Positions 20,943-31,041 are shown, counted from the stretch's first letter. The stretch is DNA of 53,241 nucleotides from a virus (IMGVR_UViG_3300024331_000030:1-53241); one strand, 5' to 3'. Made by a program: numbers and translations. Notes: generated by a model from the letters alone, not told the origin.

Positions 20943-20943
20943 T

Positions 20944-23900
20944 ATGCCTATCCAAGACTTTACACAGGATGAGATAAATGAAATGTTGGCTAAAGGGATA
21001 GACCCTAACACAGCTGAGCTGGCTCCAACAAATTCTCTAACACCAACAGGAATGTCTCCTACTGGTGCTGCCTTAGCTACACTAAAAGGTCATGCTGGTT
21101 CTACACTCTTAGGCGGTGGGGGAGCTTTAGCTGGTGGTGAAGCTGGTATGTATCTAGGTGCTTTAGGAGGCCCGGCAGCTCCACTTACTGTACCTTTAGG
21201 AGGTATCTTAGGGGCTATAGCGGGAGGTTTGGGAGGTGGTTATGTAGGTGATAAAGCACAGAAAGCTGTACTCTCGAAAGCTTATGAAGACTACTTGGAA
21301 CAACAAGCTCAACAAGCGCAGACTGAACACCCTTATATCTCGACCGGAACTGATATTGCTTCTAGTGCTTTGGCCTCTGGTGGTATGCTGTCTCCTACTA
21401 CTGCTGTTAAAGGGATTAGAGGTTTGGTAACTGGTTCTCTTACTCCTGAGGCTAAGAATGTAGCTCTACAAGCTCTTGTCAACCCAGCTATAAATACAGG
21501 ACTACAATACTCTCAAACTGGTGAACTACCTTCTGCTAGTGAGTTAGGTGAACAAGCTCTTGGTGGTGCTCTCTTTGCTAAGCCTTCTTTCTTGGGTAAT
21601 AGATTCGGTAGACCTAAGATAGAACCCCCTCAAGTAGAACCTACTCCTGAACCTATAGCTCTAGAACAACCAGCTGAGGCTTCCGGACTTCCCAGCTCTG
21701 TAGAGCAGTCTTCTCCTTGGATGGATAAAGATGAGCAAGGTAAATACAAACTTGACAATCAAGCTGTAGGTGTGGCACTAAAAGCTGCTTATCCTAAACC
21801 TACTACACAAGGAGACCCAACTGACCCTGCTTTCTTAGAGCAGATGACTAAGTGGAGACAGACTACTCGTCAACCTATTGATGATTTAAGACAGCTACTA
21901 CATAAGAAATTTGTTGATGAACAGTCTGCACCTAAACCTGAACCGACTCCTGAAGTAACTGAGAAGGAACAACCACCTTTAAAGATGGTTACTACTAAAC
22001 AAATACTTCCGAAGAACACTCTCGCGGAACCTGTTGCAGAATTGCAGAAGAAAGAAGATGTTGCTAAAGAAGAGACCGTTGAAGCACAACCTTTAAAGGA
22101 TGGGGAGAATTCTAAAGAAGAGACTCAAGAAGATTTACAGAAACAACTAGCTCAAGAGATGGGTTATCAGAGTCAGGCTACTGGGCCGTCAGATGACAAA
22201 GCTCGCTTTGATGAGATTAATCGTCTGAGGAATCAGATGCACAGTAATGGTTCTTATCTTGATTCTACAGGTAACTTCACACCTAAGTATATGGAGTTGT
22301 GGAAAGAGGCTGAGAAGATAAAGAATAAGAATAAAGGGATGCCGCCTGTGCAGAGTGCTACTCAAGACAAACTCTCTGAACCTGTCCAACAGATGCGCCA
22401 GTCTTATGGAACAGAAGCTACACCAGAACATATAGTTAATCATATATTCTCCGGTAAAGCTACTACAGGTTCTGTGATGAAAGAGTTTGCTAACGCTCAA
22501 GGTCATCCTATGCAAGAGTTGGCGAAGGCTCTCTACATGCATATGGATAAAGATTCTCGTGCTGTGAAGTGGGATACTAGTATGAAAGAGAGGAGTGCTT
22601 ACTACCCACCGGGTGGTAATGTTACTGGTGATACTGTTCAAATGGCTCTCTTACAGAATCATCATGCTCCTACTGTGATGGAGGAAGCTATACACTCTAT
22701 GACTAGTGCTAAGTTGCCGAGGGAGTGGCATGGTCTTAGAGGTAAAGCATTAAGTAATGCTATGGATGACTTTACTTTACAACATTCTAATCACCCTATT
22801 ACAGAGTTAATACACTCTTATTACAGTACAGCTAAAGCTTTAAATATTAGCAAACTATTATTTGAAGGTGGAAGTATTAAAAAGGAAAGGGCTGAGGAAC
22901 TTACTAATAAAGGTATAAATGTTAAAGAACTAGAGAAAGGGGTTGGAGGTAACCCTGATACACTTGCAAGTATAAATCAGCCTTACGCCATGGGTGACCT
23001 GCATGAATTCATAGCTCATGCTTTCATGGATAAAGAATTTCAAGAGACTCTCAATAAGATACATTCTCCAACAGGACTAACTATTTGGCAACGCTTCATC
23101 AATGCTATAGGTAAACTCCTAGGTGTACCGGTCAATCAACACTCTATGTTGGATAGAGTTATTCGTCATTCTAGTGAACTAATCTCTCAACCTCGTTCTA
23201 GAGAGAATAGTCATCTAGATATGGATAACCCACACTTTGCTCCTCCATCTAAGACTACAAAGTCTGAAGAACCGGGCCGTGTAAGAAAGACCTTTCAGTC
23301 ACTTATAGATAGCGTAAAGCAGATACCAAGACCAGAGGGTAAATTACTGGGAGAAGCCTTCCAGAAGATGTACAACGATAAGCAACTAAAGACTGGTCGT
23401 TGGGCTAATGAAGTTCAGAGAGTTGCCGATGAACACCATATTACTGGTGATGATATTAAAGCTATAGGTAAACAGCAAGAGTATGATAGACTCAATAAGT
23501 CTTACTCCCATAAGCTTCTAACCACTAAGGGACAGAAAGCTGTCTATGATAAGATGCTAGAAGCTAATAAAGCTATCATAACTGAACGTATAAAGATTAA
23601 CGAGCCGGTTATAGAGAATGGAAAACCGCGGGTAACTAAAGAAGTAGATGGTTATTGGCCCACTACAGCTAAACAATCTGTCACACAAATCTATAGGAAT
23701 AATACAGATTTTGCAGCTATAGCTAAGTTAGATAAAGACTTCTTGGATAATAGAATATTACATGGAGAATCCTCTCAACGTGCTCAACAAGCACTAGAAG
23801 ACTTCAAAACTTCTATGCAAGGTTCTACTAGGAACTCTCAAGTCTCTAATCATCAGTTCTTTAAAGCTAATAGAGCACCTCATGGTATACCTTTACCTGA

Positions 23901-25659
23901 GTCTTTTAGAGAACCTAATGCTCTAAAGAATTGGGAGAGATATGCCAAACGCTCAGCTCTCGATACTGCACATTACAAGAATATAGAGTCTGATCATAAA
24001 GTACTATCTGCTTTGGGTGAACAACAAGACCCTTGGCTTAATCCAGTTCCTAAGACTCCTGATGGTGGTGTTGCTAATAACGCTAACGTAAGGAACGTAC
24101 TTAATACCATACATGGAGAGATAGGTAATCCAGCAGACTATAATGAACATGCTATATCTCATCTTACTACTAGTCTTTTTATCGCTAGTCCGGCTCTCGA
24201 AGGGCACAAGCTAATCTCTAATATACTTCCGGGATTTGCTTCTGATGCAGAGAATCCTTACCAGTATACTAGAGCACTGGCTTACGGGCTAAAGAATATA
24301 AAGGCAGGTTATCAACATGCTTCTGAAGGTGGTTTATCTAAACTAACAGCTAAGTCTACTTCTGACATGTTGAACGGACAACTTACTGCTGCTGAAAGAT
24401 TACAAGGTCTAGCTAAAGGAGTACAGAATATAGCTTCTCTTGGTGACTTAACTAATAAGTGGGGTTCCGGTCTCTTGCAATCTATGTATGAGTATATAGT
24501 TCCATCGAAGATTCAGAGAGCTAATGCAGGTGATAAAGTACAACAAGATTGGTTGAAGAATATAGACCCTAGCTATAAGTACGGTAAACAATACTCTACC
24601 AAAGAGATACAACAACTATCCTCTTTAGCAGCCTCTTATGTTCACGGAACGGGAGATGCTAGACAACTACCGGGATGGATGCTTAGAGATTCTGAAGTCT
24701 CTGGATTCATGTCTCTCGCTCACTGGTCTGTAGCACAGACTAATAGATTCTATAAGAACATACTAGACCCTGCTAAGAAGGGAGATATAGGGCCACTGAT
24801 GACCTCTCTCTTCGGAGCTGCTATTGGGGGTTATATGGTGAAGAAGATTAGGGAAGAACTATCTGGGAAGAAGTCTGCTATACCATCTCTTTCTGAAATA
24901 GCAAACTCTGATAGAGGAATTGAAGGAAATATGGGCTTGATAGGGTACAACTTAGTGGCCGCAGCACAGTACTCTGGGTTCGCCGGTATCTTAGCTCAAG
25001 TAGCTAAATACCCTTTTGATTGGTCTTACAAGACCATGTCTCAAGGTGCTACCTTTCCTCTTGATGAACTAGCAGGAGATTTGGCTGAGACATTAGGACA
25101 AGTAGCTACTACAATAGCTAATGACCCTAATGTAAACTATATTAGTTTGGCTCAAGCTGTTAGTCAGCATCTATTAACCCACTCTTTCCAACTAGGAAGA
25201 ATGGGGGTTAACCAAGCTATAGACCATGGACTTATAACAGGCTTACCTGCCGAGAAGAAAGAACTATCAGATAATCTAGCTAAACTTAGAAGATTTGATA
25301 TGGTTGAGGGTCTACCATACAATGAGATAGAACAAGGTTCTAATCCTTACATGAATCTAGAACAGAAGAAGTTTAAGTCTACACAGGATATAGGAGAGGC
25401 GATGAAAGCTTTGCCGGGGCTTGTCTCTAATATAATGACTACTTACTCTAAGACTCCTGATATTATGATTGAGAAGTTGAAGGCTCTTAAACAAAATCAG
25501 TATTCTACCTTCCCGTCTATAGAGCATATGCCTATAGAGTTCATGAAGTATATGTCTTATTTACAGAAAGAAGAAGGGCCAGAAGTAGCACAAGCTGAAC
25601 TGGCCTCTTACATGAAGCATAAGATGATTAACTCTGTTAAAGCGGCAGCTGTACCTTAG
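20944..25659 (+). CDS. Large ejection/polyvalent protein with zincin-like module
   Basis: 1571 aa; glycine-zipper N-terminus; MEEAIHS...LHEFIAHA...IWQRFINAIGKLLG metallopeptidase-like motifs. Confidence 0.7.
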   Translation: MPIQDFTQDEINEMLAKGIDPNTAELAPTNSLTPTGMSPTGAALATLKGHAGSTLLGGGGALAGGEAGMYLGALGGPAAPLTVPLGGILGAIAGGLGGGYVGDKAQKAVLSKAYEDYLEQQAQQAQTEHPYISTGTDIASSALASGGMLSPTTAVKGIRGLVTGSLTPEAKNVALQALVNPAINTGLQYSQTGELPSASELGEQALGGALFAKPSFLGNRFGRPKIEPPQVEPTPEPIALEQPAEASGLPSSVEQSSPWMDKDEQGKYKLDNQAVGVALKAAYPKPTTQGDPTDPAFLEQMTKWRQTTRQPIDDLRQLLHKKFVDEQSAPKPEPTPEVTEKEQPPLKMVTTKQILPKNTLAEPVAELQKKEDVAKEETVEAQPLKDGENSKEETQEDLQKQLAQEMGYQSQATGPSDDKARFDEINRLRNQMHSNGSYLDSTGNFTPKYMELWKEAEKIKNKNKGMPPVQSATQDKLSEPVQQMRQSYGTEATPEHIVNHIFSGKATTGSVMKEFANAQGHPMQELAKALYMHMDKDSRAVKWDTSMKERSAYYPPGGNVTGDTVQMALLQNHHAPTVMEEAIHSMTSAKLPREWHGLRGKALSNAMDDFTLQHSNHPITELIHSYYSTAKALNISKLLFEGGSIKKERAEELTNKGINVKELEKGVGGNPDTLASINQPYAMGDLHEFIAHAFMDKEFQETLNKIHSPTGLTIWQRFINAIGKLLGVPVNQHSMLDRVIRHSSELISQPRSRENSHLDMDNPHFAPPSKTTKSEEPGRVRKTFQSLIDSVKQIPRPEGKLLGEAFQKMYNDKQLKTGRWANEVQRVADEHHITGDDIKAIGKQQEYDRLNKSYSHKLLTTKGQKAVYDKMLEANKAIITERIKINEPVIENGKPRVTKEVDGYWPTTAKQSVTQIYRNNTDFAAIAKLDKDFLDNRILHGESSQRAQQALEDFKTSMQGSTRNSQVSNHQFFKANRAPHGIPLPESFREPNALKNWERYAKRSALDTAHYKNIESDHKVLSALGEQQDPWLNPVPKTPDGGVANNANVRNVLNTIHGEIGNPADYNEHAISHLTTSLFIASPALEGHKLISNILPGFASDAENPYQYTRALAYGLKNIKAGYQHASEGGLSKLTAKSTSDMLNGQLTAAERLQGLAKGVQNIASLGDLTNKWGSGLLQSMYEYIVPSKIQRANAGDKVQQDWLKNIDPSYKYGKQYSTKEIQQLSSLAASYVHGTGDARQLPGWMLRDSEVSGFMSLAHWSVAQTNRFYKNILDPAKKGDIGPLMTSLFGAAIGGYMVKKIREELSGKKSAIPSLSEIANSDRGIEGNMGLIGYNLVAAAQYSGFAGILAQVAKYPFDWSYKTMSQGATFPLDELAGDLAETLGQVATTIANDPNVNYISLAQAVSQHLLTHSFQLGRMGVNQAIDHGLITGLPAEKKELSDNLAKLRRFDMVEGLPYNEIEQGSNPYMNLEQKKFKSTQDIGEAMKALPGLVSNIMTTYSKTPDIMIEKLKALKQNQYSTFPSIEHMPIEFMKYMSYLQKEEGPEVAQAELASYMKHKMINSVKAAAVP

Positions 25660-25822
25660 GAGCTAAAAGCTGTAACTTATACTTAATATAAAGATATTCA
25701 GGCCATAGAGCTATCTGCTCTTTCTCTGTAATATCTTGAAACAAAGAAAACAACTCATTGACTCGTTCATTGAGTTGTTCTTTTGTCATTAAGTCTAATT
25801 CTTTTTGTCTAGTGGTTGTCAT
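25637..25822 (-). CDS. Hypothetical protein, last gene of the - arm
   Basis: ATGA overlap with the upstream gene; 23-bp convergent overlap with 20944..25659. Confidence 0.55.
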   Translation of the reverse strand: MTTTRQKELDLMTKEQLNERVNELFSLFQDITEKEQIALWPEYLYIKYKLQLLAPKVQLPL

Positions 25823-27198
25823 TTTATTCGGTATACCTTTATAGTATCTTTAGTTATAGGGTCTATCATATCTCCCGCACTTACTTGATTAGTAGCTTGC
25901 AACATCTCCAAAGCCTCCTCAATCTCCACCTTCTTAGCTATCTTAGAGCAAGCTATATATAAATCTATCCAGTTGCAAGGTTTAGTTCTCATACACTCCA
26001 ACATCTTCTGTGCTGCTTTAGAGACAGGATTATTGCCCTCTAAGACTAGAGCATGGTGCATGTTAACTTCCTCTTTCCTCAAGATAGCTATAGCTCTCTT
26101 TAGTATATCTATAGTTATATAACCTGCCGGTTTCCCGAACTCATCTACAGAAGCATCTTCTCCAAAGAGAAGACACATAGCTAACTTCATCACATGTATG
26201 TTTAGACGAGCGTAATAAGGAACCATCTCAGGAGACTTATTCGCGAACAACTGTTTCTCACATAACTCATTCCACCACTCTTGAAACCATTGTGCAGCCT
26301 CATCAGTTATCTTCACCGGCCCATACATACTAGTTAACTTCCTAATATGTTCTTGTAGATGCTTTAAAGCTTCTTCTTGTTCAGGTGTTACGTTAGACCT
26401 AAACATTGCTACATTAAATCTATTCTTGGGAGCATAGATATAGAAAGTCCGGGATGTGAAACCCTCTCCTATCAACCCTTCGTCAAAAGTAGATTGCATG
26501 AAAGATGGAGTAGTACCAGCAATAATATTAAGACAACCACGACGTACACGGTCTTTTCCGCGTGTGATAGTTGTGTATTCATAGTCCTTAGGGCAATCAT
26601 AAATGCCGAGCAAGTAATTAACAGTATCGTTAGTACGCTTACGCATAAGAGAGGATAATTCTTGGAGTATGAAACAAAGGCTTGAATGTCCATAAGGTAC
26701 AATACGGTGAGGTTCTTTACTTGTATCGCGATAGTTAATATACCTATATGAATCTCCTACCGCGAGTACAAGAGCTTCATATGTTATAGCGTCAGCAGAG
26801 ACAGGTATTAAGAGGGGTTTAATAGTCTCCTTCTTACCCTTACCCTGTCCTTGAAATTCTGTCTTAGTAGCATTAGCTACATTAGTCTCCACAAGAGCAG
26901 CTATCTGTGCTTTCTCTTCTGTCGTCTTAGCTATATCTTTCGCACCCTCTGACATGTCAAGAGTCCAGTATCTCAAGAGATTGGTTACCTCCCTCAAGAC
27001 TAGACCTTTACCAGTGCCGGGAGGACCGACTAGAATGACATACATGTTGGGGAATAGTTGTTGATTATCACTACCCATCCAAACCCTCCTTTGAAGGGCA
27101 GCTGATACTATATAGTACCATGACCAGTCTATGTAATTTTCAGGAGAAGGTAGACCTTGGGTATAAAGTCTCCACTTCTCGAAATTGCTTAAAGCCAT
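25819..27198 (-). CDS. DUF3987-like P-loop ATPase/helicase
   Basis: NMYVILVGPPGTGKG Walker A; ILQELSS; LNIIAGTTP; GFTSR. Confidence 0.75.
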   Translation of the reverse strand: MALSNFEKWRLYTQGLPSPENYIDWSWYYIVSAALQRRVWMGSDNQQLFPNMYVILVGPPGTGKGLVLREVTNLLRYWTLDMSEGAKDIAKTTEEKAQIAALVETNVANATKTEFQGQGKGKKETIKPLLIPVSADAITYEALVLAVGDSYRYINYRDTSKEPHRIVPYGHSSLCFILQELSSLMRKRTNDTVNYLLGIYDCPKDYEYTTITRGKDRVRRGCLNIIAGTTPSFMQSTFDEGLIGEGFTSRTFYIYAPKNRFNVAMFRSNVTPEQEEALKHLQEHIRKLTSMYGPVKITDEAAQWFQEWWNELCEKQLFANKSPEMVPYYARLNIHVMKLAMCLLFGEDASVDEFGKPAGYITIDILKRAIAILRKEEVNMHHALVLEGNNPVSKAAQKMLECMRTKPCNWIDLYIACSKIAKKVEIEEALEMLQATNQVSAGDMIDPITKDTIKVYRIK

Positions 27199-27248
27199 AT
27201 TAACTCTCTTAATCCAAGGGGGTTATCCGACTTCTCGTCACTCCAATT
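27189..27248 (-). pseudogene. Orphaned duplicate of the last 19 codons of the polymerase gene
   Basis: Translates as NWSDEKSDNPLGLRELIWL*, versus the polymerase end NWGPQTKENELGLRELIWL*. Confidence 0.85.
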
Positions 27249-27723
27249 ATCTTGCAGCAAATTCTCCATGATATTTAATCACAGCTGCATCATAAGCGGT
27301 CTGAGCTTCAGCTTGAGTATCCCACCAACCTAATGTTAATCTTCCTTCTTTGGTGCGTATTCTAGCTGTCCACCTATTACTTCTTTTATCCAAAACAGTC
27401 CCCCTACCGGGTGTTGCAAATCTTGCACCAAAACAATTTTCTTGGTGAGTTACTAATCGAAGATTAGACTTCTTATTGTTTAACCTATTCTTGTCTATAT
27501 GGTCAACATTTAAGTCTAAGTCAGTTAACAAACAATTAAGTAAGAATCTAGATAAAATTATCTTAACCCTCTTACCATCAATCTTTGTCCAACCTACAAT
27601 CTGTTTAGTCTTCCTATTTAAATGCCATTCACAAGTACCAGTAAGGGCTGTACTAACTCTCAAGTAATCTTCATCATCTATTTCAATATCAATGTTATCG
27701 TAAATTTTGTATATCATAACCAA
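27247..27723 (-). CDS. HNH-AP2 homing endonuclease
   Basis: VDHIDKNRLNNKKSNLR HNH; WTARIR...LGWWDTQAEAQTAYD AP2. Confidence 0.92.
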   Translation of the reverse strand: MVMIYKIYDNIDIEIDDEDYLRVSTALTGTCEWHLNRKTKQIVGWTKIDGKRVKIILSRFLLNCLLTDLDLNVDHIDKNRLNNKKSNLRLVTHQENCFGARFATPGRGTVLDKRSNRWTARIRTKEGRLTLGWWDTQAEAQTAYDAAVIKYHGEFAAR

Positions 27724-28823
27724 ATAAGTTCTCGTAAACCTAATTCATTTTCTTTAGTTTGAGGTCCCCAATTAAACCCACACATTTGCTCCGACTTCAT
27801 ATTAAACTTGGTGCCGTCAATTGGACTGACCAAGGGAACATTCATAAACTCCCGCATCTTATCCTTACGCTCTTTAACGTCTATCAAGAGACCTTGCGTC
27901 AAGTATGAATCATGACAATCGTTGAGGAAATCCCAACACTTATTATTCTCCTCTGCATACCTAGAAAAGTCTACAACAGCCTTAGATACTATCTGTCCTA
28001 CTGTAGATTGAGGAGACCAAGCATAATACTCTTTCAATTTATCTTCCCACCTGTAATCTGTTATCTCATAAGGATGACCGAAGAGATTATATATTACACC
28101 AGTCTTCCGTATACAATCTTCTACCCATCTACATCTATCTGGTATTTCCGGGAACCAAGACCTATAGGCTACAAGGAAGTGGGTTGCATCATCATTTGAT
28201 ATAAATATCTTGCCGCCGGATTTCTCAAGGACGTTCATTCGGAATGTATTGGATTGTATACCATAATTGGCACTATGACATGTTTGTTTGGCTAGATAGT
28301 AGTACCTCTCCGACGCACTCCATTCATCACTTTTTTTAATCAAACTATCTATCTCTCGCCAATAGGGATGCTTCTTCAAGTCTGCTATAGGAGTCTCACA
28401 CAATTCATCTATATTTAAGTCTTCTATAAGACCGCCCATCTGCTTGTACTTCTTCTTCCAGACATGAGCGAACAACTTTAGAGCTACATAAACGTGAGGC
28501 TTGACAGCATTAATAAATAGTTGACGGAATTGTTTATTAGTAGACTCGTAAGCTACTATAAGAGCATCAGCACCTGATTCATCAGACTGGATGAAGACAT
28601 TGATTGTTAGGAGTTCTTCCTCAGTGAACACTGATATATCACCCTCTTTCAACCAATATAGACACTTCTCTTTGAGACTATCTGTAAAGCCGTCTGGTCT
28701 ATAAATCTTCCTAAGAGACTTCTCATAGTTCGCCATGTTGCCACCCCAATACTGTAGTATTTTAGTGCTAGCTTTTCGGAGAGTTTTGGTGCCCCCAAGT
28801 TTCCATGTACATGAGCATCTCAT
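27714..28823 (-). CDS. polA: Family A DNA polymerase, catalytic (palm/fingers) half
   Basis: Motif A QSDESGAD, motif B AKQTCHSANYG, motif C CHDS; PQSTVG. Confidence 0.88.
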   Translation of the reverse strand: MRCSCTWKLGGTKTLRKASTKILQYWGGNMANYEKSLRKIYRPDGFTDSLKEKCLYWLKEGDISVFTEEELLTINVFIQSDESGADALIVAYESTNKQFRQLFINAVKPHVYVALKLFAHVWKKKYKQMGGLIEDLNIDELCETPIADLKKHPYWREIDSLIKKSDEWSASERYYYLAKQTCHSANYGIQSNTFRMNVLEKSGGKIFISNDDATHFLVAYRSWFPEIPDRCRWVEDCIRKTGVIYNLFGHPYEITDYRWEDKLKEYYAWSPQSTVGQIVSKAVVDFSRYAEENNKCWDFLNDCHDSYLTQGLLIDVKERKDKMREFMNVPLVSPIDGTKFNMKSEQMCGFNWGPQTKENELGLRELIWL

Positions 28824-28975
28824 GACTTACATTCTATATCCAAAGTAATACCACCTTTATCATGTACTTCTATACCTATAACTTTCCGGAGAACCCAACT
28901 ACCATTCTCCTCTACCCAAGCCATTATTGGCATATCAAGTTCGGGTAACTTTTCTTTCAATTCTTTAGCTGTCAT
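28820..28975 (-). CDS. 51-aa ORF separating the two polymerase halves (not in the ORF track)
   Basis: MTAKELKEKLPELDMPIMAWVEENGSWVLRKVIGIEVHDKGGITLDIECKS; abuts both neighbours. Confidence 0.7.
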   Translation of the reverse strand: MTAKELKEKLPELDMPIMAWVEENGSWVLRKVIGIEVHDKGGITLDIECKS

Positions 28976-28976
28976 A

Positions 28977-30566
28977 TTAGTCAACTAGTTGTGGAAACAT
29001 TTCATGTGGTTTATTCTCTACAGGTGGTTCAAAAACACTACCATCATCATTGCGCCAAGGAATGAATTTCAATTTCTTGTGTTCTTCTTTATATGCCCTG
29101 AAAGCTAATATAAACATGAACACAGGATTCTCTGGATACTTTAGTGCCAGTCTATACATTAGTTTAGCCCCAAGTCCCGGTTTTCCTGTCTTAGGTGACG
29201 TGAAGAGAACAGGATACTCTAGTATAGTGTGAAAGTATTGTACACATTGTGTGGAGGAACCGGGCATTAGAGATACTTGACCTTCTCTCTTTCCACCTCT
29301 TACTTCATGCATACCTTCTTCACCTATCAGTATCTTAATTATCCTGACGTACTGCATCATTCTCCTGTCAGCTTCTTTAACTATAGCTGCTCTCTCTTGT
29401 TCAGAGTACATCATACCTTGTATAGTGGCACAGAGGTAGGGGACTATACATTGATTAGCTAAGTCTATGGACTCTCGAAGGCCGGGGGTTTTAGAAGCGT
29501 GCTTCTCTATGGCTTGGTGGACTAGATACATTGTATATACATCCTTACCGCAATACTTCATCTTCTGTGTCATGTGTTCTCTAGTTTGGTAACTTCTAGA
29601 ATCACTATCCTTATGAAACTTCTCCCAAGTCCAGAGAGAGACGCAATGCCCCAAAGACTTCTCTACATCAGGATAACACCTATGTTGAGCAAGCATAGTA
29701 TCATAACACTTCCTCACTGGAATATTATATTTAAATCCAAGAACAAAGAAGTCAAAGCAAGCACCATTATGAGCAACAATAATGTTATCACGTATCGCGA
29801 TAGCGAGAGCGCGTATAATCTGTGGAATAGAAGTATAAGCAGGCTTATAGTTATTATCGAGTACGGGTACGTTATAGATAGTCCTACCGTCGAAAGAGAA
29901 AGAAAAGCATAATAGGTTTTGTTCTTCATAATCTGTCTCCATGTCGAAGTAGAAGTATTTAACTTTAGTATTAGTCAATACTTCTATTGCATCTTCCGCA
30001 GAAGGGTAATTTCTATAGGTTGGCCCTTCCAGATTATACTTAAAATCTCGTAAGAGTAACTTGACTTTTTGTATGTCTTTCCTAAGCCAGAAAGCGTAAT
30101 TACTTCTTTTAGTCTTGCTGAATCTCTTGACGTCGCCTTCGTCTTCTTCATCTCCCTCAAGTAGTGAATCGTCACCAGTATAGTTTTTAGAATCTTCATT
30201 TAAGTTAGCCTCATGGTTTTTAGGGTCACAACAGTCTTGTGGGAAATAGGATGCTATAGCTGGTAAACCTTTACAGACTAAAGGAGAACCTCGCATCTCA
30301 TTGAGTACATTACCTACTGTCTCAGGTGCCCACTTTAACATTGCTGCTTCCCCTAAGAGTAGGACACACTTAGTCTCTAGGAGAAAAGGACTCTCATCCT
30401 CCATTACACGAATGTCACACATCATGTAATTGAGTTCGGGGAATAAGAACTCGTTGAGTAGAATCCCGGCCTCACCAGATAAGAGGTAAATCTTGTCAAA
30501 GCGAGAGCCATTACTCATAATAATAGTAAGGCCCGCATATCTAGACTTTGGTAAGTTGCGGAGCAC
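28977..30566 (-). CDS. polA: Family A DNA polymerase N-terminal half: UDG-like domain, 3'-5' exonuclease and thumb
   Basis: VLLLGEAA and ASYFP (UDG family 4-like); Exo I DMETD, Exo II HNGACFD, Exo III YCGKD. Confidence 0.82.
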   Translation of the reverse strand: MLRNLPKSRYAGLTIIMSNGSRFDKIYLLSGEAGILLNEFLFPELNYMMCDIRVMEDESPFLLETKCVLLLGEAAMLKWAPETVGNVLNEMRGSPLVCKGLPAIASYFPQDCCDPKNHEANLNEDSKNYTGDDSLLEGDEEDEGDVKRFSKTKRSNYAFWLRKDIQKVKLLLRDFKYNLEGPTYRNYPSAEDAIEVLTNTKVKYFYFDMETDYEEQNLLCFSFSFDGRTIYNVPVLDNNYKPAYTSIPQIIRALAIAIRDNIIVAHNGACFDFFVLGFKYNIPVRKCYDTMLAQHRCYPDVEKSLGHCVSLWTWEKFHKDSDSRSYQTREHMTQKMKYCGKDVYTMYLVHQAIEKHASKTPGLRESIDLANQCIVPYLCATIQGMMYSEQERAAIVKEADRRMMQYVRIIKILIGEEGMHEVRGGKREGQVSLMPGSSTQCVQYFHTILEYPVLFTSPKTGKPGLGAKLMYRLALKYPENPVFMFILAFRAYKEEHKKLKFIPWRNDDGSVFEPPVENKPHEMFPQLVD

Positions 30567-30568
30567 AA

Positions 30569-30793
30569 TTACTTTTCAGTGTAAGTTGCAGTGATAACTA
30601 ATTCTGTATTCTGTGATTTAGCTCTACCATACACATGCTCCGGAACTTCTAAAATAGCTGTTACTTCTGCTTCCAAAGGAACTGAACGAACTGTAGTACC
30701 AACTGGTACTACTTGGTCTCTCCAACCTAAAAATTTAAATAGCTCTTCTTTAGAAACTTTCTTTTGTATTGTGATTTTAACTTCTTCAGTCAT
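30569..30793 (-). CDS. Hypothetical protein
   Basis: Packed ORF in the replication operon. Confidence 0.6.
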   Translation of the reverse strand: MTEEVKITIQKKVSKEELFKFLGWRDQVVPVGTTVRSVPLEAEVTAILEVPEHVYGRAKSQNTELVITATYTEK

Positions 30794-30801
30794 AAAGATA
30801 A

Positions 30802-30833
30802 GCCGATATTATTACTCCCTCGGCAAACGGGAG
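30802..30833 (-). promoter_or_regulatory. Predicted H-type RNA pseudoknot
   Basis: CTCCC-GTTT-GCCGA-GGGAG-TAATAATA-TCGGC on the - strand. Confidence 0.6.
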
Positions 30834-30839
30834 GATTGT

Positions 30840-31040
30840 TTACCGACGAGCTTTATTTACAAGCTCTAGAACTTTGGTAAGTTCTGGGTTGTTATTTAAA
30901 GCATCAAGAGCTTGAGTCACATCATTCAACTCACGCTCAAGACGTTGTTTCTTACGGGTCAATTGTCCTGTGATAGATTCATCTGAACCACACAATGACT
31001 TAGGTGAATCGTCCGCACAACACACTTCTTGTCCCATCAT
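30840..31040 (-). CDS. Small coiled-coil protein (start about 31040)
   Basis: MMGQEV...LERELNDVTQALDAL; starts just after the SSB stop. Confidence 0.65.
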   Translation of the reverse strand: MMGQEVCCADDSPKSLCGSDESITGQLTRKKQRLERELNDVTQALDALNNNPELTKVLELVNKARR

Positions 31041-31041
31041 A

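Noticed and set aside
21773-21790. TGGCACTAAAAGCTGC as a sigma54 site
   Set aside because: Spacing is N11 rather than the strict N10, and it lies mid-gene
28824-29040. Group I intron or ribosomal hop joining the polymerase halves
   Set aside because: No intron core is visible, the gap is a coupled ORF, and there is no matching landing codon after the in-frame TAA
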